Part shown: positions 1 to 7,065 of the stretch, piece after piece
Position numbering within the stretch: position 1 is the first letter of the stretch
Layout of the letters: the number at the start of each line of letters is the position of its first letter
Source of the DNA: an uncultured Gemmatimonadaceae bacterium
Lineage (GTDB): Bacteria; Gemmatimonadota; Gemmatimonadetes; Longimicrobiales; RSA9
Assembly (NCBI GenBank): GCA_964430275.1
Contig: CAYSGF010000374.1
Location: 1 to 12,706, forward strand
Length of the DNA stretch: 12,706 bases
Direction of reading: 5' to 3'
Program-made: the position numbers and the translations under genes
The notes under the pieces: model-generated
Databases searched by the model: none
What the model was told of the DNA's origin: nothing
Seen by the model: the letters and a program-made list of their open reading frames with translations, nothing else

Positions 1-1338
1 GGCGAAGACCATGCGCTTGGGGCTGGCGCGCACGCGATCGATGATCAGCTGCATGCGGCTGGCGGTCGGGTCGAGCCGGGCGCGCAGCTGATCGGCGTAG
101 CGATCGCAATCGACGATCGGCTTTCTCGCCACGCCGCTGTCCATGGCGGCGCGCGCGACCGCGGGCGGCACCTGGGTGATGAGCCGCGGATCGAAGGGCG
201 TCGGGATCAGGTACTCCGGGCCGTAGCGCAGCCGCTGCCTGCGGTAGGCGGCGCTGACCTCGTCCGGCACCTCCTCGCGGGCGAGCGCCGCGATCGCGTA
301 GGCCGCGGCGATCTTCATCTCCATGTTGATGGCGCGCGCGCGTACGTCCAGCGCGCCGCGGAAGATAAAGGGGAAGCCGAGCACGTTGTTGACCTGGTTC
401 GGATAATCAGAGCGGCCGGTCGCCATGATCACATCGCTGCGAGCGGCAGTCGCTTCCTCGTAGGTGATCTCGGGGTCCGGGTTGGCCATGGCCATCACGA
501 TCGGGCTCTCCCCCATCGAGCGGATCATCTCGCCCGTTACGGTGTTCGCCTGCGAGACGCCGACGAAGACGTCCGCTCCCTTCAGCGCCTCGGCCAGGGT
601 GTGCCGGTCCGTTCGCCGCACGTACTTCTGCTTGTACGGATTCATCTCCGCATCGCGGCCCTCGAACAGCACACCCTTGCTGTCCGTCATCAAAACGTTG
701 GCCGGATCGACACCGAGTGCCACCATCATGTTCGCGCATGCGATGCCGGCCGCGCCCGCGCCCGCGAACACGACCCGCACTGCGCCGATCGACTTGCCGG
801 CGATCTCGAGCGCGTTCAGGAGCGCTGCACTCGAGATGATCGCCGTCCCGTGCTGATCGTCGTGAAAGACCGGGATGTCCATCATCTGCTGCAGCTGCTC
901 TTCGATGTAGAAGCACTCCGGGGCGCGGATGTCCTCCAGGTTGATCCCGCCGAAGGTCGGCTCCAGCAGCTTCACCGCCCGGATCAGCTCATCCGGGTCG
1001 GTCGTGTCCATCTCGATATCGAAGACGTTCACGTCCGCGAAGCGCTTGAACAGCACGCCCTTGCCCTCCATCACCGGCTTGCCGGCGAGGGCGCCGATGT
1101 TGCCGAGTCCGAGCACGGCCGTGCCGTTCGTCACGACGCCGACCAGGTTCCCCCGTCCCGTGAAACGGAACGCCGCATCGGGGTCCTTCTCGATGAGCCG
1201 GCAGGGCAGGGCGACGCCCGGCGTATAGGCAATGGAGAGGTCGCGCTGCGTAAGGCATGGCTTCGACGCGATGACCTCGAGCTTGCCCGGGCGCTGGCCC
1301 TCGTGGTACTCGAGTACCTCGTAATCTCGGATCTTCAT
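1..1338 (-). CDS. maeB: NADP-dependent malic enzyme (malate dehydrogenase, oxaloacetate-decarboxylating), N-terminal ~446 aa; gene continues beyond the window start, probably as the long MaeB form with a C-terminal PTA-like domain
   Basis: Reverse-complement translation from ATG at 1338..1336 reads [22 protein letters not shown]...[13 protein letters not shown]...[33 protein letters not shown]...[17 protein letters not shown]... These include the malic-enzyme signature (YTPGV), the GLGNIG divalent-cation/substrate region and a GAGAAG NADP-binding Rossmann motif. The frame stays open to position 1, which is codon-complete, and the end ...ASPKRMVFA resembles the start of the PTA-like domain of MaeB. 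It is not in the ORF track because it lacks a stop inside the window. Confidence 0.9.
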   Translation of the reverse strand, partial: MKIRDYEVLEYHEGQRPGKLEVIASKPCLTQRDLSIAYTPGVALPCRLIEKDPDAAFRFTGRGNLVGVVTNGTAVLGLGNIGALAGKPVMEGKGVLFKRFADVNVFDIEMDTTDPDELIRAVKLLEPTFGGINLEDIRAPECFYIEEQLQQMMDIPVFHDDQHGTAIISSAALLNALEIAGKSIGAVRVVFAGAGAAGIACANMMVALGVDPANVLMTDSKGVLFEGRDAEMNPYKQKYVRRTDRHTLAEALKGADVFVGVSQANTVTGEMIRSMGESPIVMAMANPDPEITYEEATAARSDVIMATGRSDYPNQVNNVLGFPFIFRGALDVRARAINMEMKIAAAYAIAALAREEVPDEVSAAYRRQRLRYGPEYLIPTPFDPRLITQVPPAVARAAMDSGVARKPIVDCDRYADQLRARLDPTASRMQLIIDRVRASPKRMVFA

Positions 1339-1664
1339 GGGCTCTCTACGTTTGTGGCGCTCCGCCAGGCGCGGCGCGACCCACGCTCATCGTACGGGCC
1401 GGTGCCCGTCCGCTCAAGGCGACCCCTCGATTCCCGCAGGCGCCACGCGTCGGATCCGGCTGCCAGACGTGCGCATGTGGCTCGCGCTGCGCGGGGCGGG
1501 TCGTCCCCGCATCGCGGACGGGTATCGCCTGCGCATTGACGCGCCCGGCTCCTGTGGCAATCCTCAGAGGACCACACCGTTAAGAATCACTTCGATGAGA
1601 TCGCGGCGCAGCGCCGCCGCCCTGCTGGTCCTGAGGATGTGTTCCATCAGTCATGAGAGGTGAG

Positions 1665-3095
1665 ATGATGCGCAGCATACGCGCGTTCTGGCTTGTGATC
1701 GCGCTGGCCGCCTGCGCCAGCAACCCGCAGCCGGTTGCGCCGGGCTCCACCGGTGAGCCGGAGCGCATGCCGCCCGCCGATACGGAGGCCGTGGTGGCCG
1801 GCCGTGCACCGTCGGCGGTGTCCATCCCGATCGACTACTACAAGCTCGACAACGGCCTGCGGGTCGTGCTGTCGCGCGACACGAGCGCGCCTACGGCCGC
1901 AATCGCGGTCTACTACAACATCGGCTTCCGCATCGAGCCGCGCGATCGCACCGGCTTCGCGCACCTGTTCGAGCACATGATGTTCCAGGGCTCGGAGAAT
2001 CTCGGAAAGAACGAGTTCATTGCGCTGGTGCAGAAGCATGGCGGCAACTTGAATGGCTCGACGCGCTTCGACTTCACGAACTATTTCGAGCTGGTGCCCT
2101 CGAATGCGCTGGAAACGATGCTGTGGGCGGAAGCCGACCGGATGAAGGGGCTGGCAATCACGCAGGAGAACCTGACGAACCAGCAGGGCGTGGTCAGCAA
2201 CGAGGTGAAGGTGAACGTGCTGAACCAGCCGTACGGCGGGTTCCCGTGGATCGACATGCCCATGGCGGCGAACGAGAACTGGCACAACGCGCACAACTTC
2301 TATGGCGACCTGGAAGACCTCGAAGCGGCGACGCTCGAGGACGTGCAGCGCTTCTTCCGCCAGTACTACGCACCGAACAACGCAGCCCTCGTCGTGGTCG
2401 GTGACCTCGATCCAGCGCAGACGAAGGCGTGGATCGAGGAGTACTTCGGGCCGATCCCGGCGGTCGAGCTGGCCGCGCAGCCGGACATATCCGAGCCGCG
2501 GCAGACGGCAGAGAAGGAGCACGTCCGGGTCGATCCGCTCGCGAACCGCCCGGCCATTGCGGTGGGCTACAAGGCGCCCGAGCCGGGTACGGCCGAGTAC
2601 TACGCGCTCGGCCTGATCGAGCAGATCCTCTCCCAGGGCCGTGACAGCTGGCTGCACCAGGAGCTCGTGCAGGAGCAGGCCCTGACCGGTGGCGTGTCCT
2701 CGAGCATGAACCCGCTCGGCAACATGCACAACATCGACGGGCCGACGATCTACCAGATCTGGATGTTCCACGACCAGGACAAGCCGGCCGACGCGATCAT
2801 TGCGGCGATCGATGAGCAGGTGCAGCGGCTGCAGACGGAGCCGGTCGACCGCGCCACACTCGATCGCGCTCTCGTGAAGATCCGCTCCAGTCTCTACAGC
2901 ACGCTCGAGAGCGGACTCGGCCGCGCGGACCTGCTCGCCTCGTTCGCCCTGTTCGACGACGATCCCGCGAAGATCAACCGGCTGGAGGACGAGTTCCGCA
3001 AGGTCACGCCGGAGCTGATCCAGCAGGTCGCGCGCGAGTACCTGCGGCGCACGAACCGCACGGTCGTGAAGGTCGAGCCCGCGAGCGCATCATGA
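1665..3095 (+). CDS. M16-family (pitrilysin/insulinase-like) zinc metallopeptidase, catalytically competent subunit, predicted lipoprotein
   Basis: ORF 1653..3095. The SD-like AGAGGTGAG (1656-1664) sits immediately upstream of tandem ATGs at 1665/1668, so the start is more likely 1665 or 1668 than 1653. The N-terminus MMRSIRAFWLVIALAACASNPQ is a signal peptide with an LAAC lipobox. The inverted zincin motif HLFEH (HxxEH) lies in FAHLFEHMMFQGSENLG, with the downstream NGSTRFDFTNYFE motif (M16 N-x-x-T-x-x-D/E-x-T-x-Y). At ~480 aa it is typical of M16B. Confidence 0.85.
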   Translation: MMRSIRAFWLVIALAACASNPQPVAPGSTGEPERMPPADTEAVVAGRAPSAVSIPIDYYKLDNGLRVVLSRDTSAPTAAIAVYYNIGFRIEPRDRTGFAHLFEHMMFQGSENLGKNEFIALVQKHGGNLNGSTRFDFTNYFELVPSNALETMLWAEADRMKGLAITQENLTNQQGVVSNEVKVNVLNQPYGGFPWIDMPMAANENWHNAHNFYGDLEDLEAATLEDVQRFFRQYYAPNNAALVVVGDLDPAQTKAWIEEYFGPIPAVELAAQPDISEPRQTAEKEHVRVDPLANRPAIAVGYKAPEPGTAEYYALGLIEQILSQGRDSWLHQELVQEQALTGGVSSSMNPLGNMHNIDGPTIYQIWMFHDQDKPADAIIAAIDEQVQRLQTEPVDRATLDRALVKIRSSLYSTLESGLGRADLLASFALFDDDPAKINRLEDEFRKVTPELIQQVAREYLRRTNRTVVKVEPASAS

Positions 3096-3193
3096 CTAGG
3101 GCTGCGATGCACCGAACGATTACCGCAGGTTTGCACCGCTGTCGCATACGTCAGTCACCGCGCAGGACGAGCGCGAGCGAGAGGGAATCTCAG

Positions 3194-4612
3194 ATGAATA
3201 TGCCAGGGACACTGCGTCGCACGTGCGCCTCACCGCTAGCGCTGGCGCTAGCCCTCGCCCTGCCGGCCGGCACGGCCGCGCAGCAGAGCCCGCCCGAGCC
3301 GGGACCGGCCAAGGACATCACCCTGCCCGCGCCGTACACCTTCACGCTGGACAACGGACTGGACGTCAAGCTGCTGCAGTACGGCGACGTGCCGAAGGCC
3401 GGTGTGCAGCTCGTCGTGCGGGTCGGGAACGTGGACGAGGCCGGGGATGAGGTCTGGCTCGCGGATCTCGTCGGCGACCTGATGCGCGAGGGCACGACGA
3501 CTCGCACGGGCGAGCAGATCGCGACCGAGGCCGCCAGCATGGGCGGCTCGCTCAATGTAGGTGTGTCCTCCGATGAGACCACGATTGGTGGCGATGCGCT
3601 CGCCGAGTTCGCGCCACAAATGGTGGCACTCGTCGCGGACGTCGCCCGGAACCCGTCATTCCCGGCGTCCGAGCTCGACCGGCTCAAGGCGGACCGGGTC
3701 CGCTCGCTCGCCATCGCGAAGAGCAGGCCGCAGTCGCTCGCCAACGAACGCTTCGCGTCGCTGCTGTACGGCAACCACCCGTACGGCATCACCTACCCGA
3801 CCGAAGCGATGGTCATGAGCTACACTCTCGAGCAGATCCGGCAGTTTCATGCGGAGCACTTCGACGCGGCGCGCGCGCGTCTGTACGTGATCGGCCAGTT
3901 CGATCGCGCTGCGGTCGAACGTGCCGTGCGCTCCGCGTTCGGCGCCTGGACCGCCGGTACCGAGTCCGCACCGCGCCTTGCACAGCCGCAGACGAACACG
4001 ATGGGGCAGCCGGTCATCCACATCATCGACAGACCGGGCGCCGTACAATCTTCGATGTTCATCGGTCTGCCGGTCGTGGATCCGACGCATCCGGACTACG
4101 TGCCGCTGCAGGTCACGAATACGCTGCTGGGCGGCGCGTTCGCGTCGCGCATCACCCGCAATATTCGCGAGGACAAGGGCTACACGTATTCTCCCTTCAG
4201 CTTCGTGAACAGCCGCTATCGTTCGGCGTACTGGGCCGAGGTCGCTGATGTGACGACCGCCGTCACCGGCGCATCGATCGAGGAGATCTTCAAGGAGATC
4301 GATCGCCTGGCCGCGGAGCCGCCTCCGGCCGAGGAGCTGCGCAGCATTCAGAACTATCTCGCGGGTACGTTTACGCTCAGCTCGTCATCGCGCGGCGGAC
4401 TGCTCGGCCAGCTCCGTATGCTCGACCTGCACGGCCTGCCGCAGTCGTACTTCACGAACTACGTGCGGAACGTCTATGCCGTCACGCCCGCCGAGGTGCA
4501 GCGCATCATGCGTGAGTACCTGCCGAAGGACGAGATGGTCATCGTGATCGTCGGCGATCGCGAACAGATTGCGGAGCAGGTCGCTGCGCTCGGCGACGTA
4601 ATCACCGACTGA
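3194..4612 (+). CDS. M16-family peptidase, non-catalytic (HxxEH-less) partner subunit, secreted
   Basis: ORF 3092..4612. The likely true start is ATG 3194 (MNMPGTLRRTCASPLALALALALPAGTAAQQ, a signal peptide), preceded by GAGGGAA at 3182-3188. It has the M16 domain architecture and length (~470 aa), with the same N-terminal strand as subunit A (YYKLDNGLRVV in the first gene, YTFTLDNGLDVKLL here), but no HxxEH. It lies directly downstream of the active subunit, the typical M16B heterodimer arrangement. Confidence 0.8.
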   Translation: MNMPGTLRRTCASPLALALALALPAGTAAQQSPPEPGPAKDITLPAPYTFTLDNGLDVKLLQYGDVPKAGVQLVVRVGNVDEAGDEVWLADLVGDLMREGTTTRTGEQIATEAASMGGSLNVGVSSDETTIGGDALAEFAPQMVALVADVARNPSFPASELDRLKADRVRSLAIAKSRPQSLANERFASLLYGNHPYGITYPTEAMVMSYTLEQIRQFHAEHFDAARARLYVIGQFDRAAVERAVRSAFGAWTAGTESAPRLAQPQTNTMGQPVIHIIDRPGAVQSSMFIGLPVVDPTHPDYVPLQVTNTLLGGAFASRITRNIREDKGYTYSPFSFVNSRYRSAYWAEVADVTTAVTGASIEEIFKEIDRLAAEPPPAEELRSIQNYLAGTFTLSSSSRGGLLGQLRMLDLHGLPQSYFTNYVRNVYAVTPAEVQRIMREYLPKDEMVIVIVGDREQIAEQVAALGDVITD

Positions 4613-4630
4613 GCCAGGGCAAGGCAGCAT

Positions 4631-4665
4631 CTGCCCCTGCCGGGGCGCGGCAACGGCAGGGGCAG
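4631..4665 (+). terminator. GC-rich hairpin downstream of the M16 pair (putative intrinsic terminator or transcript-stabilising stem-loop)
   Basis: CTGCCCCTGCCG (4631-4642) pairs perfectly with CGGCAGGGGCAG (4654-4665), giving a 12-bp stem and an 11-nt loop. It starts 19 nt after the TGA at 4610-4612. No U-tract follows. Confidence 0.4.
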
Positions 4666-4763
4666 CAGCTCACCGACACCACACCCGGTCTGATTCCGTA
4701 AGTACCCATACACGCGTTCCGCAGCGCGTGCACACAACGCAGACGCTCCGAACCGGAGTAGAC

Positions 4764-5330
4764 ATGCACGCTCTCTTCATCGTATGCCTGCTGGCGGGCG
4801 CGGTCGTGCTCGCGGCGCAGGTGCTGTTCGGCGCCTTCGGCATGGATACGCATCTGCCGGACGTCGACGCGTCCGGGGTGCCGGGCGGGAGTCCGCTCGT
4901 CGCCGGCGCAGAGCTGCTGAGCGTGCGCTCCGTGTCCGCGGCCGCAGCCGTGTTCGGCGCTACGGGAATGGCACTCGAGCCGCACATGCCGGCCCTGCTC
5001 GCGGGTGTGCTCGCACTGCCGGCCGGCTATGCGGCTGCCGCAGCGAACGCGTACCTGAATCGGCTCATTTTGCGGGCGCAGAGCGACGGTTCGCTCCGCC
5101 TTTCCGGTGCGGTCGGGGTTACGGGGCGGGTCTATCTCCCCGTGCCGAAGGCCAACGAAGGCAGCGGCCTGGTGCAGCTGACACTGCAGGGCCGAACCGT
5201 CGAGCTGCGAGCCGTGACGCGCGAAGCAAGTGAGCTCGCGACCGGCGCAGCCGTGTTCGTCGTCGCCGTCGATCCCGAGCGTGAGACGGTCGAAGTCGTG
5301 TCCACCTCCAGCATCGAGGCACTCTCATGA
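4764..5330 (+). CDS. nfeD: NfeD-family short membrane protein (YuaF/YqiJ-like; N-terminal TM helices plus C-terminal OB-fold), flotillin-associated
   Basis: ORF 4728..5330. The probable start is ATG 4764 (MHALFIVCLLAGAVVLAAQVLFGAF...), preceded by GGAG with a 5-nt spacer. There are two to three hydrophobic helices, then a C-terminal beta-rich segment GAVGVTGRVYLPV...GLVQLTLQGRTVELRAV...AAVFVVAVDPERETVEVV typical of the NfeD OB-fold. Its stop overlaps the start of the downstream flotillin gene (ATGA at 5327-5330). Confidence 0.8.
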   Translation: MHALFIVCLLAGAVVLAAQVLFGAFGMDTHLPDVDASGVPGGSPLVAGAELLSVRSVSAAAAVFGATGMALEPHMPALLAGVLALPAGYAAAAANAYLNRLILRAQSDGSLRLSGAVGVTGRVYLPVPKANEGSGLVQLTLQGRTVELRAVTREASELATGAAVFVVAVDPERETVEVVSTSSIEALS

Positions 5331-6964
5331 TCCCTGTTCACGCAATGCTCGGCGTCGTCCAGCTGCCGGCGTCACTGCCGCCCGCGGCGATCCTCGGCGG
5401 GGTGATTGCGCTCCTGCTGTTGAGCGCAGTCATGCTCTTCGTCAGCCGCTACCGTCGCTGTCCGGCCAACCGTGTCCTGATCATTTCCGGTCGTGTAGGG
5501 ACTGGTCAGTCGGCGCGCGTGATCAGCGGGGGTGGCGCATTCATCTGGCCGGTCATCCAGGAGTACGCGTTCCTGGACCTGGCACCGCTGCAGATCGACA
5601 TCAACCTGACGGACGCGTTGTCTCTCGAGAACATCCGCGTCAAGGTACCGAGCCAGGTGACCGTCGCAGTGGGCGACACCCCCGAGTTCCAGCAGAACGC
5701 GGCAGCGCGCATCCTGAACCTGAAGCCGAATGATGTGAAGGAGCTGGCTGCGAACATCATCTTCGGCCAGATGCGCCAGGTGATCGCGTCCATGCGGATC
5801 GAGGACATCAACCGGGACCGCGATCAGTTCCGCGCGAATATCGAGCACGCGCTCGAGCCCGAGCTCAAGAAGATCGGCCTGAAGCTGATCAACGTGAACA
5901 TCAAGGATCTGAACGACGAGTCCGGTTACATCGAGGCGATCGGTCGGGAAGCCGGCGCGCGCGCTGTCAACAAGGCGAAGGGTGACGTAGCCGAGCAGGA
6001 GAAGCTGGGCGCCATCGCCGTTGCGCAGGCGGAGCAGGCGAAGGACATCGAGGTGTCGAACGCGAACCGCGAGCGCGAGATCGGTGTGAAGACCGCCGAG
6101 CGCGACACCGCGATCCGCATCGCGGACCTCGATCGCGAGACGGCCGTCGCACAGCAGCGCGCCGAGTACTCGCGCGACACCGAGATCGCACAGGCGGACC
6201 AGTCACGCCGGGTCGCGGTATCGGCGGCGAACGCGGAGGCGATCTCCGGCGAGACTGAAGCACAGGCCAGCATCGCCGGCGCGAAGGCACGGCTGCTCGT
6301 GAAGGAGGCCGAGGCATACGAGGTCGGTGAGACGCGTAAGCGCGTTGCGTCCGCCGCCGTGTCCGAGGCGGAGAACCGCGCGCAGGCCAAGGCCGCACTC
6401 GCCGAGGCGGAGCGCATCGAGGCCGAGCGCCGCGCCGAGCTGGAAGCGCCGGCCAAGGCGGAGAAGGCGCGTCGGATCGTGGAAGCCGAGGCCGTCGCCG
6501 AAAGCCGTCGGCTGGAAGCGGAAGGAGAGGCGTCCGCGATCTTCGCCCGGCTGGAAGCCGAGGCGCGCGGCGAATTCGAGATGCTGTCGAAGAAGGCCGA
6601 CGGTCTCCGCAGGATCGTCGAGGCGTGCGGCAGCGCCGACGAGGCGTATCGCCTGCTCATGCTCGAGAAGATCGAGCACCTCGCCGACAAGGCCGCCGAC
6701 GCCGTCAGCAACATCAAGTTCGACAAGGTGGTGCTGTGGGGTGGCGGGGGAGCAAACAGCAATGGCGCGGCCAGCGGCGTCAGCAGCTTCGTCGCGGACC
6801 TGATGGGCACTCTGCCGCCCGCGCTGCACACCATGCTCAACATCGGCGGCGTTCGCATTGCCGAGAACGTCGTGAAGCTGGAGGAGGAGCCTGCGAACGG
6901 CGACTCCGCGCCTGCAGCCAGGAAGCCGGCGCCGCCCACGCGCACCGTCGAGCTGCCCAAGTAA
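5327..6964 (+). CDS. floT: Flotillin-like SPFH/Band-7 domain protein (FloT/YqiK family) with a long Ala/Glu-rich coiled-coil (EA-repeat) region
   Basis: 545 aa. There is an N-terminal TM segment (AAILGGVIALLLLSAVMLFV), then the SPFH core (RCPANRVLIISGRVG...GGGAFIWPVIQEYAFLDLAPLQIDI...), then ~250 aa of AEAEA/EAER-rich coiled coil and a Gly-rich tail. It is translationally coupled to the upstream NfeD, the classical nfeD-flotillin operon organisation. Confidence 0.9.
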   Translation: MIPVHAMLGVVQLPASLPPAAILGGVIALLLLSAVMLFVSRYRRCPANRVLIISGRVGTGQSARVISGGGAFIWPVIQEYAFLDLAPLQIDINLTDALSLENIRVKVPSQVTVAVGDTPEFQQNAAARILNLKPNDVKELAANIIFGQMRQVIASMRIEDINRDRDQFRANIEHALEPELKKIGLKLINVNIKDLNDESGYIEAIGREAGARAVNKAKGDVAEQEKLGAIAVAQAEQAKDIEVSNANREREIGVKTAERDTAIRIADLDRETAVAQQRAEYSRDTEIAQADQSRRVAVSAANAEAISGETEAQASIAGAKARLLVKEAEAYEVGETRKRVASAAVSEAENRAQAKAALAEAERIEAERRAELEAPAKAEKARRIVEAEAVAESRRLEAEGEASAIFARLEAEARGEFEMLSKKADGLRRIVEACGSADEAYRLLMLEKIEHLADKAADAVSNIKFDKVVLWGGGGANSNGAASGVSSFVADLMGTLPPALHTMLNIGGVRIAENVVKLEEEPANGDSAPAARKPAPPTRTVELPK

Positions 6965-7003
6965 GGCTCTCGCGGGCGGGTAGCATCCGTACCGGCAGAA
7001 TCA

Positions 7004-7043
7004 GAACGGCGGGCAGCCGATGCCACTCGGCCGCCCGCCGTTC
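7004..7043. terminator. Bidirectional intrinsic-terminator-like hairpin between the convergent floT (+) and M14 peptidase (-) genes
   Basis: GAACGGCGGGC (7004-7014) pairs with GCCCGCCGTTC (7033-7043), an 11-bp perfect stem. An inner GCCGA (7016-7020) / TCGGC (7027-7031) helix and a 6-nt loop sit inside it. The hairpin lies in the 101-bp gap between stop codons at 6962-6964 and 7066-7068, with T-containing tails on both sides. Confidence 0.6.
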
Positions 7044-7065
7044 CTTCACAGACTGCGTGACCTCG

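Noticed and set aside
601-1539. 312-aa + strand ORF and the minus ORFs 407..916 and 989..1258 inside the maeB region
   Set aside because: They are antisense or off-frame to a confidently identified malic enzyme gene, and their composition is shadow-ORF-like.
1337-1663. 108-aa Arg-rich ORF filling the maeB-M16 intergenic region
   Set aside because: Extremely basic and low-complexity, with no SD. It most likely represents non-coding leader or promoter DNA. The region is flagged as possibly regulatory instead.
1647-2771. 374-aa minus-strand ORF antisense to the M16 peptidase
   Set aside because: It has no motifs and is Arg/Val/His-rich. The + strand frame has HxxEH and a lipoprotein signal.
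3092-3193. Using ATG 3092 (overlapping the upstream stop) as the start of the second M16 gene
   Set aside because: The encoded 34 residues (MTRAAMHRTITAGLHRCRIRQSPRRTSASERESQ) are basic and non-hydrophobic and would bury the obvious signal peptide that begins at M35. ATG 3194 has an SD and a canonical signal peptide.
5926-7026. 366-aa minus-strand ORF (Ala/Ser/Arg-rich) antisense to the flotillin gene, and similar ORFs at 6203..6829 (-), 6327..6803 (+) and 6625..7563 (+)
   Set aside because: These are shadow ORFs generated by the high-GC, GCC/GAG-repetitive coiled-coil coding region of floT. They are low-complexity, carry no motifs and overlap a well-supported gene.
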